Assembly (NCBI RefSeq): GCF_001194135.2
Contig: NC_068985.1
Span: 71,006,526 to 71,055,462 of the forward strand
Direction: 5' to 3'
Length of the DNA stretch: 48,937 nucleotides
Source: Octopus bimaculoides
Taxonomy: Eukaryota
Shown: positions 23,624-35,481 of the stretch, piece by piece
Layout of the letters: each line of letters starts with the position of its first letter
Position numbering within the stretch: position 1 is the first letter of the stretch
The notes under the pieces: generated by a model
Seen by the model: only the letters and a program-made list of their open reading frames with translations
Database searches by the model: none
Told to the model about the DNA's origin: nothing
Program-made: the position numbers and the translations under genes

Positions 23624-24045
23624 GTGTGGGTGTAGTACGTAGCTTGCTTACCGACCACATGGTGCCGGATTCAATCCCACTGCGTGCCACCTTGGGCAAG
23701 TGTCTTCTATTATAGCCTCGGGTCGACCAAAGCCTTGTGACTGGATTTGGTAGACGGGAACTGAAAGAAGCCCGTAGTATATATGTATATATATATATAT
23801 GTATGTGTGTGTATATGTTTGTGTGTCTGTGTTTGTCCCTCCCCCCCAATATCTCTTGATAACCGATGCTGGTGTGTTTACGTCCCCGTAACCTCGCGGT
23901 TCGGCAAAAGAGAGACGATAGAATAAGTACTAGGCTTATAAAGAATAAGTCATTGGGTCGATTTGCTCGATTAAAAGGTGGTGCTCCAGCATGGCTGCAG
24001 TCAAATGATCGAAACATTTAAAAGAAATAAAAGGATAAAAGAATA
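23624..24045 (+). mobile_element. Full-length SINE family A (tRNA head, CORE-like block, internal TA/TG microsatellite, 3' tail)
   Basis: agcttgcttaccgaccacatggtgccggattcaatccc (B-box-like)...ccttgggcaagtgtcttc, then tail gctggtgtgtttacgtccccgtaac...gctccagcatggctgcagtc...aaagaata. It matches copies at 23-164 and 44029-44530. Confidence 0.88.
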
Positions 24046-24117
24046 TACATATATATGTCTTTTCACTTTCTGATACCCCAATACCTTCCCCCAGCCCTCC
24101 CTCCTGCTATCTAGCTC

Positions 24118-24119
24118 TC

Positions 24120-24209
<90 letters not shown>

Positions 24210-24258
24210 TATTATATTATATTATATTATATTATATTATATATATTATATATATTAT
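24118..24258. repeat. (GATA)n followed by (TATAT)n
   Basis: Directly visible. Confidence 0.97.
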
Positions 24259-25145
24259 ATATGGTGAGTGGAAAGTAACTAGGCATTAGAAATTGCTTGA
24301 AGAATTTTTAGTGTCGCTGAAGTCATAACGAAAACATTTTTTAAACAGACATCACTAATTATTCTTTTTTTTTTGTCTTCCTTCTTATTTCTTATTTTCC
24401 AGATGGTCGGTCGCTTGACTGTTCAGAAGCGAGCTAAGATAGCAGCACGCTACGAAGTGTGAAATTCCATTGTTTTGGTTCAGAGATGGTGGCGTGCATG
24501 GAAATGTAAACATGCATCACTACGTCCAGAGACAATAAAAAGTTGTCATGTAAAGCTGATGACCACGGGCTACGAAGAAGTGGCCGTCCAACCACATCCC
24601 GAACAGCGGAGAACTTGGCAACAGTGCAGGAAATGTTTAATCGCAGCCCGCAAAAATCAACACGTCAAGCAGTTCGTGAAAGTGAACTAACAAGACACAA
24701 TACGTACGGTATTGCATAAAGAATTGAATTTTCATTCGTGGAAACCCCATTACGTGTAGGAACTAAAACTTGAAGACTGTGACTGCAGTAGTCCAGCAGT
24801 CCAGAACTCCAGGAAGTCCAGATCTCATTTCATGTGATTTTGACTTGTGGGGTTACTGAAAAGAGGAGGTGTACATGACAAAACCTCACACACTGGAGGA
24901 CTTGAAATCACGGATTCAGCAGGTTCTCAATGATATCCCAGACGACATTCTTCAGAAGGCTGTTCATTCCGTCCATGGCCGTTTGAGGATACTGCTTGAC
25001 GCCACCGGTGCCTACGTTGAAATATGATGATTTACTTTCATTTTCCCATGTAATAAGGAACGTGTATCATTTGTTTCAATAAACTGGCAAAAGAAATATG
25101 GATTTATTACCAATTTTTAATGCCTACTTACTTTCCCCCACCCTG
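24259..25145 (+). mobile_element. Internally deleted Tc1/mariner-superfamily element (DUF4817-type HTH, maT/rosa-like) with both TIRs
   Basis: 5' ggtgagtggaaagtaactaggcattagaaattg vs reverse complement of 3' caatttttaatgcctacttactttcccccaccctg; TA on both flanks. ORF MVGRLTVQKRAKIAARYEV...VQRWWR (24403), then PGSPDL...KPHTLEDLKSRIQQV...GAYVEI*. The catalytic core is missing. Confidence 0.85.
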
Positions 25146-25868
25146 TATATATATATATATATATGTGTATGTGTGTGTGTGTGTGTGTGTGTGCGTGTGT
25201 GTACGTATATACATATTGGTCGTACATTGGAATGTGTTTCTATATAACATTGTATATCTTCTTGCTCTATCCATAAATATGGGTATGTATAACAAACAAG
25301 AAACTGGTATACTGAGTAAGCTCCAATTAATTCCTTAATCTGATTCTTTGTTGTTTAAGATTAATTGCAATTCTGTAGTTTCGCTATAATTTCATACTTT
25401 AGGCACATACTATTTCCGAACATTTAAGTTTCCTTTCTTTCACTTATCCATTTCTTCGTTTTCTTTCTTTTCTTTACTTCTTATTTCTTGAAACACTAAA
25501 ATGTTTAAATTAATTATAATTCCCATTAGATTGTTTTATGCCGGTATCAATGCAACTAATTCAAATTAGATGATAGTAGAGATGCCTCAGGTAAGTATAA
25601 TAATGATAATTATTCCTAAGATATGTGCACAGCTAAATATATTGATAGAGCGCGATGGCTGTGAGCGCCAGACAACATGCCAAATGCCGGATCGGTCTAC
25701 GCGTGACCCAAGACTGTAGTTCAGTCGGAGAGAGAGAGAGAGACTGGTGGAGAAGATAGGAAAGTTGTAGGAGAGCTTTCCAAACATTACAGCCACACGC
25801 AGCAGACTAGAAATTTCTGCAGATGGTTCGGTCCCAGATGTGAGAGTATCGTCATCCATGGCTTAGAT

Positions 25869-26159
25869 CAATGGTTTCCAAAGTGAGCGGAACTATCTCT
25901 GTGACGGAGGAGAAAAGATTCAGAGGAGGAGTTGGCGGTGGAGAAAAGTAGAGCGCTTAATGAGGGTGGTCAAAAAAGGAGCGGTGGATGTAAAAGCAAT
26001 AAACCAATGGGTTAACTAGGCCAGGTTTTATTTAAGAAATACAGTTGTTTTGAATTTGCTTCAGAAAGTGGTCTATGTTTGTAGTGGTGAGTGAAGTGAC
26101 GCTAGGAATGTGATCTGGGCGCCAAGGGGCGGCAGCTGTTGAAAGTTTGGCAACCACTG
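25869..26159. mobile_element. hAT (Charlie-like) MITE, 291 bp, with perfect 8-bp TSD
   Basis: TIRs caatggtttccaaa / tttggcaaccactg (12/14 match). gcttagat duplicated at 25861-25868 and 26160-26167. Confidence 0.9.
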
Positions 26160-27329
26160 GCTTAGATCCTTATCATTCTGTAGCATTTGTCTTCTAGAAA
26201 ATAGACATCTTGATCAGGTGAACCCGAGATTTTCACAAAACAGAAAAGCTTATTGCTCAATTTGGTCAACTGAGCCATGAGGCAAAATGTGATAGTCATG
26301 CAATAATATAGAGGAGAAACGGTTTAGAGACATCTACTGCAGCATCTATTTCTCGGGAGACTTACATCACTACTTTCAACTACGTCCAATTTCTAACTCT
26401 ACCTCAGTTATCTTAACAGAACCCGTTGGCTAGCGAAGCCTTGCTAGTTCAGGTAGCAAGTTGCAAACCCACCAATTTATTCAGAATAATGGCTGGTACT
26501 CTCCACCTCAGTTTGCTTGGTGCCTGACACACACTAACGATTTCTTCGAGCGCAAATACTGGTACATTTCTCTTGAACAAGCAACGACATAAGGTATTAG
26601 TCTTTCTACGAGTTCTTCGGCAAAAATGTTCAACTTGTTCGCATCTTTCTTTAGAAGCTCTAACATGCCCCTGTCAAAGCTGGAAATGACCTTTTTCAAG
26701 ACCGTAAAGGAACACGTCTGGTACTAATTCATAAAGTTCACAGAGTACAGACCATCTCCTCTCAGTGCTTTGTCCCTCGATCAAACATCCAGCATGAACT
26801 TTATCTTGGCAGTTAGTTTCGGCTTTTTGTAACACTCCACCTCTTCTATTGAGAGCCGCAAAAGATTATCGAGATAGAACTGAGATTCAATGTATCTGAT
26901 ACGCATCCAGGCCTAACCTGTCGGGCAAAGTGCTGCTGGAAAAACACACGCATCTGCGTAGAATTGGACAGCATGTGTCTATCGTGATGTGTCAAAAAAG
27001 GACCCAATGAAGTGATTCTCATATCTTAACTCTGACAACATCTACTTTGTGATTTGTATTGAAGAAATACGCGAAGTTTATTTTTGTAACTTGTTCCCCG
27101 AACGTGGTACCTTTCGTAATTGCTTCTTGTAATCTTTGCTAATCTTTATCGATTCTACAGCAAAGAAAGGGAACATATTGATTATCATCGATTGCATGCC
27201 TTCCAGTCATTGTAGGGCACTGCATAAAGCAAACAACTTCAACTAACTTATAACTTACCCATGAATCCCTACTTAGGTTCATTGTACAAGTCTCAAACCT
27301 GTGGAGATGTGTAGCCGATCAGCTGAAAA

Positions 27330-27655
27330 CATGACCAACTTACACTACTTCTCGCGCATCTATCAAATACAACTCGATACGATTTGGTTGTGCAGTGCGT
27401 TTTGGCCAGAACCACATAGGCACAGTCCAGAAACCCATTCGGCACTGGCAGAAGTTCTTGAATTCATACCCAAGGTATATTGCAACAATTTCACAGCGGA
27501 CATCCAGGAATGGCAAAGATGAGGGCTCTGATGAAGAGTTATGTCTCCTGGCCGTCCATGGACCGAGGTTGCGCGCTCGCGGCCAAAGCTCCACCGTTAA
27601 AATATCAGTCGTGGCTAGAGATGGAGAACCCATGGTCTAGGTTGCACAATGACTA
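27330..27655 (+). mobile_element. Gypsy LTR-retrotransposon integrase N-terminal fragment
   Basis: QQFHSGHPGMAKMRALMKSYVSWPSMDRGCALAAKAPPLK...NPWSRLH: decayed HHCC zinc-binding region and start of the integrase core. Confidence 0.85.
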
Positions 27656-28560
27656 TCTGTACAATCTTCTGTGTGTATTTATTGTCAAATACTTTGGGCA
27701 TCTTTCATTTACTTCATCTGTAAATAGGCTCCAGACACATTTAATTTGGAAAAAAATTTCCACCATTTAACTTTGAAAAAATGTCCTCAGCAGTCGGATA
27801 GTCCTAAGTAGTATGTGCCAAATACATTGATTGTATTGTCCACAACGAATAATTTTGCTTCGCGTATCTCTCCTCGAAATGTAGCGTCGATGCATGTTTT
27901 GCCCATGCAATGTAATTCATTGCCCGTTACACCACGCGCTATTTTCGCTGTTTTATGTAATCTCGATTTACCAATTTTTTTACTAGTATCCTCGTTCATA
28001 ATCCAGATGTCACTACCTGTGTCTAACTGTAATTTGGTATTGACATCATTTATTTTTACGTGCACGAATTTTCTTGTTTTTCTGTCGTAATCACTCTCTG
28101 CTGAAAACACCTGAGAACTTTTTGTGTTTGAGCCTCGTAGTCATACAGTTCTATATTTAAGAGATGAGGAATTATGTACATTATTTACATTATCTACATT
28201 TGACGGATATTTGTCCTCATCTTGTTTGTTGTTAACACGTTTCGGCTGATATACCCTCTAGACTTCATCAGATATACCCCCAAGGCACCTGATGAAGGCT
28301 GGAGGGTATATCAGCCGAAACGTGTTAACAAACAAGATGAGGACAAATATCTGTCAAATGTAAATAACGTAAATGATGAACCTCGTAGTCTTGTTCTATA
28401 ATGAGAACTCCTGTGTCCCAGGTTCTGACAACTATAGCACTTTTTGTTTTTAAACGGACAATCTTTTTTTGTAGTGTAGGCCTCAACACCCATAACACGG
28501 ATTGGGGCCATACACTTCTTTTTTTATTGGCTTGATCCAATTTGAAATCTCTTACAAAAC
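27655..28560 (-). mobile_element. Gypsy gag (double zinc knuckle), aspartic protease and RT fragment; interrupted at 28143-28380
   Basis: PNPCYGC..LHYKKDCPFKNKKCYSCQNLGHRSSHY; protease LQLDTGSD; RT piece PTAEDIFSKLNGG..FSKLNVSGAYLQ...INTH. Large deletion between protease and RT. Confidence 0.88.
28143..28380. mobile_element. 238-bp palindromic non-autonomous element with two inverted hammerhead-like cores and a 10-bp TSD
   Basis: Arms 28183-28271 and 28289-28374 are about 90% identical inverted repeats, each with CTGATGAAG..gagggtatatCAGCC-GAAACGT. cctcgtagtc is duplicated at 28133-28142 and 28381-28390. Confidence 0.88.
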
Positions 28561-28564
28561 CACT

Positions 28565-29770
28565 ACAATTGGACTGGCAAAATATCTTAAAAGATTAAAC
28601 AACTGGGTGCTAAAACTAGTTGAAAACCATGAAAGACATTAGAAGCTTTATTGTGTTATGAAGGAGAACAAAAGATTTTCAAGTAAATTTATACATAATA
28701 CCCATGCTGAACAGCATGATGGAAGTGCGGCAGATGTAGTTGCAAAAAGGTGAAATCAATAGCAAAGCGTTTGAACAATTGACTGGTAGGTGGGAACAAA
28801 AACCTCTGCATGACAAACATGTGGCTTGTAGCAAACAAACTGATGTAGACCAGAAGCACACCCATCAGAACCTACGGAACTCAGGGCTAAGGACAGAGAG
28901 TAAAGGCTTTATCTTGGCTGCTCAAGATCAGAGCTTATTGATCCGGAACTACCAAGCCAATGTGATAAAAAATGGTGTAGACCCAAAGTGCCGATACTTC
29001 AACGATGGGATTAAAACAGTGGCCCACCTAATCTCTGGGTGTAAAGTTTTAACACCTATAGAGTACAAATCAAGATTTGACAGAGCTTGTCAATATCTAC
29101 ATTAGATAATGTGCTGACAAATGGTACAAGCACCACTCCGAGGCTGTAACTGAGGGAGAAAATGTAACGGTTCCTTAGGACTTCCTAATATGTACAGAAC
29201 GGACAATCAAAGCAAATAAACCGGACATTGTCCTGAAAGACCAAAACAATAAAGTTTGCTTATTGATTGACATGAGCATATCCCGTGACCATAATATCTC
29301 AGCAAAAGAGTTTGATAAGCTCAGAAAATATAAAGACTTGCTAATCGAAATGGAAAAGATGAGGCATCTCAAGACGGTTACCAATGCCAGTGATTGTAGG
29401 AGCACTTGGAATGATAAAAAAAAAAAACGAACTGAAAATTATTTAAGAATGATCCCTGGCTTACCATCCATGCAAGAAATGCAAAAGATTGTTTTAACTG
29501 GTACGTCACACGTACTGAGAAGAGCATTGTCACTCTGAACTTTTTTCCTCCCCCCACCCTTTATTTTCTTTGTTTACTTTTTTATTTTTCCTTTTTCCTT
29601 TTACTTTCTATCTTTCTTCCTCTTTTTTCTATCACATGACTTTGTAAATGAGCAATCTGATGTGTTTATTGTAATGGCCTATCAATGTATAGAGTGAGTT
29701 TCTCTGCCCTAGGTGTCAGGAAGACACTCGGCAAGAAATGAAAACAGAATTGAAAGAAGACGCTAATGTA
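28565..29770 (+). mobile_element. R4/Dong-type RLE LINE 3' portion with 3' UTR, degenerate
   Basis: GFILAAQDQSL...KC..TVAHLISGC...RFDRACQYLH; ANKPDIVLK...LIDMSI...KYKDLLIE; ORF end QKIVLTGTSHVLRRALSL*, then UTR and (AAG)n. Confidence 0.9.
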
Positions 29771-29790
29771 AAGAAGAAGAAGAAGAAGAA

Positions 29791-29821
<31 letters not shown>

Positions 29822-29824
29822 AAG
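29770..29824. repeat. (AAG)n microsatellite, probable LINE tail
   Basis: Directly visible; lies 3' of the R4 element. Confidence 0.95.
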
Positions 29825-30149
29825 ATTACAGACAATGCAATAACGGATGCAAGTTATTTTGTTTCATATTTCTGGATTTTTATGGTCCTTATCGTCATGG
29901 TTGCTGTGGTTGTTGACCTTCTGGCCTTTCTGCTTTTCTTGTTCCGTCCTTTTTGTCTCGTGTGTGTCTTTATGAAGTCCTTCGGGGTTTCCTCTGTTTT
30001 GATGCCACTATTTCAACAGCTCAACTGCCTGAAATTAATTGAATGCTTTAATTTGGAAATCTTGAAGATTTTTAATGAAAGAAACAACTAATCATTTCCC
30101 TGCTTCTTGCGACTGATTATCATAAATATATTAGAAATAGGAAACAGTC

Positions 30150-30614
30150 ATTTTCTCTCTCCTTCTCTCTCTCTCTCTCTCTTTCTCGCTTCCGTTCTCG
30201 CCCTGTCTTACTCTCTTTTTCTTCTCTATACCTCTGAATATCACTCTATCCCGCTCACACGCCCTCCCTCACCTTCTTCTGTCTTCTGTTCTGCTTTCAT
30301 CATTCTTTATCACACTTTATCTTCCAACCTCGTTCTATATCGCTCTTTTTCCTGTTTCACTTCTATTTTTCCTCTTCTACTCTCATTTGTCTCTTCGTCT
30401 TTTTCTTCTATATTCTCATATTTGTCTCTGTATATATTTCTGTTTCTATGTTTGTCTGTATTAGTTTTTCCTGTATCTGTCTTTCGCACTATATATCATT
30501 GCTTACATATATTTCGCAGTCTATATCTCTCTTCATCTTGACTTATACCACTGTATTTCTCTTTCTCTCTCACTCTCTCATTTCTCCTTCCCCTCTGACT
30601 CTCTCTCCCTCTCC

Positions 30615-30681
<67 letters not shown>

Positions 30682-30735
30682 TACTCTAAATATTTCACTA
30701 ATTCTCTGTCCACCTCCCGCTCTTTCTCTCTCCCG
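30150..30735. repeat. CT-rich polypyrimidine tract ending in (CT)n
   Basis: Directly visible. Confidence 0.88.
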
Positions 30736-32434
30736 CATTCTGTTTCTCATACATATGTACATTCTTCTAACAATTTCTGTCTCTTCAACCCATGTTTGTG
30801 TACACAACAATATTCTCAGAAATCAGATATAATAAAAATTTAAGATTTTTCGCCTGACCAACTGAAATCCTAAATTCTCATTTCAATTTTCTTTAAAATT
30901 AAGAGGAACAAAGCACTCTTAACGTAGGAACAAATTACTGATCGAAAGTAGCTGTCATCAATGTGTTGTTATATGTGTAAATTGTTTATCCACTCTTCTT
31001 AAGCCCTCACTAACAGTGTTCTAATAATCAGTGTCACCGTAGACAGATAAAGTGGATATAGAGTTGTTGAAATCCCTATATAGACTAGAAACTACTCCAG
31101 CTGCTGTTTCTCCTTTGATTTTACAAGATATTGTATATAAAGACAAATCGTTTAGTGCTGGCTAAAACTCTAAAGATAAGGAGAGGTAATATTTTATCCT
31201 CACATAAACGTGGATGTTCTGTAAGAACAAACTATACTGCGGTAGACACCACCACAAAAACCTCTCATATTGACTTTTGGTGTAAAATGCACTCTTATTT
31301 ATATCGCTAGCGAGAAAATAAATAACGGCCATCTCCAGCGCCGAAACCACCAGTTCCCATGATTTCGACCGTCCTTACTCTTGTCAGTGATTGACACTCG
31401 GCCGTTAGAGATAACAACGATTCATCGCATCTGCCAGCGATATATTGAATAACAGTGCCAGAACCGGTGATAGTGCCGCGATTAGCGTGTTAGAAAATAC
31501 ATATTAGCGATATGTTCTGTGGTACAGTGTAGCATTGAACCAAGATCTGTCATTTCAGCAGTAATCGATCAGACTACATGCTTGATTTGTCCAATTTTAA
31601 ACGTTTAGTAATAATGAATTTAAAGGGCTTACACAATCTCTGTTGAAATCCGATTAAACTAGTCTTGCTGAGCACACAATTTCAATCCCAGGAATTATTG
31701 TATCTAAAGAAAAGTTGTTTATATCTGATCATGCGCACAGCGTTCACTGAAAATTGATTGATAAAGTCTTTGGTGCATAGGATGACCGTTGCCCTTAACG
31801 TCATAGAAGAGTTAAATTTCAACTGCTGTGAGGCGAATATTTATTCTTGCCAACAAAATCGATTACCAGTTTCCTCCGGATTCTGGATTTTAACTTGAAA
31901 TCCGCCACTACCTATTTGTAGCTTCCTGCTCTTGATATCAAAATGTTGCTTTAAGTGATTATGGTTCAAACTGTATCACCGATAGTGCATGACCAAGGCA
32001 CTTAGTTTTCTATCTGAGATCATATACAGCAACTGTCTTCAGCCGATGTTCCACAAAACTGTTGCGTACTGCGAGATTTTGAGATGGAATGGAATTTGCT
32101 AGGATATTTAGAAATTTGGTGTTTCCAAGGTACTGCATCCGGAGTACTTTCTTTCGCTGCGTATGATACTGCTATGTGCACGTGTATTCCGTGTGTTTAT
32201 GAGGGAATAGTGTGTGTGTGTGTTTATGCATGTGCATGTCTGTGAACGAGTGTGTGTATCCCAGATGTTAATTGGTTTGTGTATATGGCATTTTCAAAAT
32301 AGTGCATCTGTGGTACATTCTTTTGCTACATGTGACACGGTTGTGTGCGTGTATATTATGCGTTTTTATGAGTGAATAATGTGTATTTTTTTTGTGTACG
32401 TACATTTATGCAAGCGAGTGTGCGTATCACAGTC

Positions 32435-32890
32435 GTCAATTAGTGTATGTATATATATATATGGGGCTGTTGGATAGTGTATGTATAAAACTGATATGTG
32501 TGTGCGCATATATTGTGTATGTGCGTGTAGCTATCTGGTGTATGTATGTGTAGTAGGAGGTGTATGTGGGTCGACCGGGATGAATGTGCCTGGTGGAATA
32601 GGGGTGACAGGAGGGAGAGGTTTGGAGATGTGGGTGTGTCACTATATACACGCTACTGTATGTGGGGGAAGGAAGGGGGAGTGTGGGTGCTAGCATGTGT
32701 CGAGTGGGAAGGTGTGTGTTTTTGCATGTGCATGTGTGTGTGTGTGTGTGTGTGCATATGCTGTTGGGGTATAAAGGTGTGTGTGGTGTGGGTAATGTGT
32801 CTAAAAGGGTAGGGAAGGTGCGTGAGGGTGGGTAGACGCGGAGGAGCAGTGGAATGTGGGAGGTGTGTGTAAATGTGGGTAAAAGTGGGT
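32435..32890. repeat. GT/G-rich low-complexity tract
   Basis: Degenerate (TG)n with G runs. Confidence 0.8.
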
Positions 32891-33495
32891 TTAATTGAAG
32901 AGAGCTGAAGAATTGAGAGAATGAGGGGCTGAGGAATGGGAAGAGAAAATAAATTCCTGCTCCCGATGTACGATCAACAGATCAGACACAGGAGAGGGTG
33001 GTTCGGATAACGGTTGGTGAAGTGGCGAGCCATGAGTTACGACTGTGTCTCGAAGTCATAGTCGTCACTACCGAGCTGGCAGTGGCTAAGAACAAGGTGT
33101 CCAAAAATCTTCCCGCACACATAATAAAGAACGCAGGTTCCTGAGCCTTCCTGCGGTCGTGGTGGAAATTGAGGGCTATTTTGAGTAAACTGTTATTTCC
33201 CAGTCATATGTTTTTGGATGGGATATCAGCCCGAAACACATTGTCCGTATGGGCTTCATATGTATACGTATATGTGTGTGCAATGCACCAGGGTTTCCCT
33301 CTCCCAAATCTCATATGAAAGATATTCATCCTAGCTATAGTAATAAAAACACAACCCCAAAATTCCGAACAGTAGGTTAGGTTTGAAACCAGTGTCACGT
33401 AGTTATTAAATGTACATTTTAAACAAACAGCGATTGTTGCACTTTATTATGCATAGATGTTATCTTCTTAGCACATTCAGAGGCACACACTACAG

Positions 33496-33496
<1 letters not shown>

Positions 33497-33540
<44 letters not shown>

Positions 33541-33548
33541 CATTATAT

Positions 33549-33581
<33 letters not shown>

Positions 33582-33656
33582 TTGTATATATGTATTACGT
33601 GTGTCTGTATGTATGAATATATGTGCGTGTGTGTGTTTATATACATACAAGCAGGT

Positions 33657-33688
<32 letters not shown>

Positions 33689-33690
33689 AT

Positions 33691-33753
<63 letters not shown>

Positions 33754-33770
33754 GATAGATAGAAAGATAG
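33497..33770. repeat. Compound (TA)n, (TG)n, (GACA)n, (GATA)n microsatellite
   Basis: Directly visible. Confidence 0.96.
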
Positions 33771-35481
33771 ACGCACACGCACAACCACACACATATATAT
33801 GCATATGACTGTGCGTGTCTGAGTGTGTGGATATGTATGTGTGTTTGTGTGTGTCTGTGTATACGTGTACATGTGTGCCTCTGTTAGCATTAGTGTAGAA
33901 GAAAGACATAAATATGTATATCATACTTTCTATGTTCACTGTCATTCATTAAAGCCTACACAAGAATATGATGCAAAAATTTGAAACGTGCTTTTAGTAC
34001 ATATTACATAAAAGCATATTCTACCTGTAATAAGTCTATTGTTACGTTTGTGCCTTCACTAGTATATATATACATCCTTAACAAATATAATAATATAGAA
34101 ACAAGATATCTTAATATCGATAAAAGATAGCATCGCATTCAAGAATGTTACATCCACACGAGGTGCCTTAGTATCTATACAGTATTATATCGGTATAATA
34201 ATACTACAATATTTTTGATAATCCATAGAAGATAATATCTATACGGAAAATGCAAGCATATCTGTGTGGTAAAGAAGTTTGCTTCACAAACACGAGCTTC
34301 CCGATTTGAATTCATTGTTCGAAATCTTGTGCAAATGTTTTCTATCATAACCTCGACAATTAAACCTGGTACATGAAAATGGTGTTAAAGTCCGTCGCAT
34401 ACGTGTATGTATATGTATATGTATAGTTGTATAACATTAAAACGAAATAGCTATCTACAAATTGTTGGCTCATTGGAGACGGATAATGTGTGTACCGCGT
34501 ACCGCTGATTACGGAGTCCGTTATAAATAGTTAATAGGAAACATAACAGATATTGCTCTAATATGGTTGTTATCCAATGACTGAAGACAGTGTAAATGAT
34601 GATACAGAATAAATCAGTGAATAAAAACTGAACTATATTAAACTTTATCTCTATACGATTTGTATAAAAAAAATTTGCAAGGACCATCATTGCTTTATAA
34701 ACCTTATTGGCTTAATTTACCAAATATAAAAGTTAAATGAGAGTATTAATTCAATTGACAATAATCTGATGCTGACGATGACTATGACGAGGTTGGCGAT
34801 GATGTGGATTAGGAGAAAGAGAAAAAGGAAGGGTCGCAGATGACGTTGATGATAAGAGCAACGTTCCTTAACTCGATACATTCTTTCTTTCTCTCACCCA
34901 CCCATATACTCCATCCATCACCTTAGTTTTATCTTTCTCTATCTCTCAGCACAGTCAACTCTGCTCTACATACACACATATATATATAGATAGTAGACTA
35001 AAGTAATTGTTTCCATCGAAAACTAGCGAGGAGATTTATCTATGCCATCCATCTTTCTCAAGTTCAGCAGAAGTCCTGATGAATAACAAAATATTTGGCG
35101 AAGTAAAAAACGTCTGTTGAGAAATTCTTCCCATAAAAATTTTAATCACAGAGTTTCCTTTATACGGAAAACAAACTGTTCAGCCAAGCATGAAATAACT
35201 TTGAAACGCAGATGTCTTTCAATAGTCAGAGACATTCACCGAAATATGGCCCCTGACATCACGAACTATGTAATTCATTGGTACAGGCGGCACAGATTTT
35301 GCACACTCGCGCACGCGCGCACACACACAGATAGATAGATAGATAGATATATAGACTTATGTGCATATACATACACACATAGACACACATACACATGCAA
35401 ACAAACATATACATATACAAATACATATACAAATACATATATATATTGTAAAATAGTGGTTCTCGAAGTACATCACATACT

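Noticed and set aside
23624-23700. Possible tRNA gene (also SINE heads at 13735 and 44390)
   Set aside because: Only A/B-box-like remnants are present, without a cloverleaf, and they continue into SINE bodies.
25690-25860. Minus-strand DTLTSGTEPSAEISSLLRVAVMFGKL resembling RTE 'DAEISNRI.KAS.AFG.L'
   Set aside because: A single weak motif, not extendable by eye.
27525-27555. CTGATGAAGAG motif (also 7953, 24555, 35077)
   Set aside because: No properly placed stem II plus GAAA; 7953, 24555 and 27525 lie inside TE coding sequence.
31355-31395. Hammerhead-like ctgacaagag...ggtcgaaatc on the minus strand (similar hints near 3715-3755 and 33220-33245)
   Set aside because: The core and stems are too degenerate to call.
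32980-33200. CpG-richer segment with a ~74-codon minus-strand frame (..AQEPAFFIMCAGRFLDTLFLATASS..)
   Set aside because: No recognisable domain or convincing splice pair; it cannot be supported as an exon or promoter.
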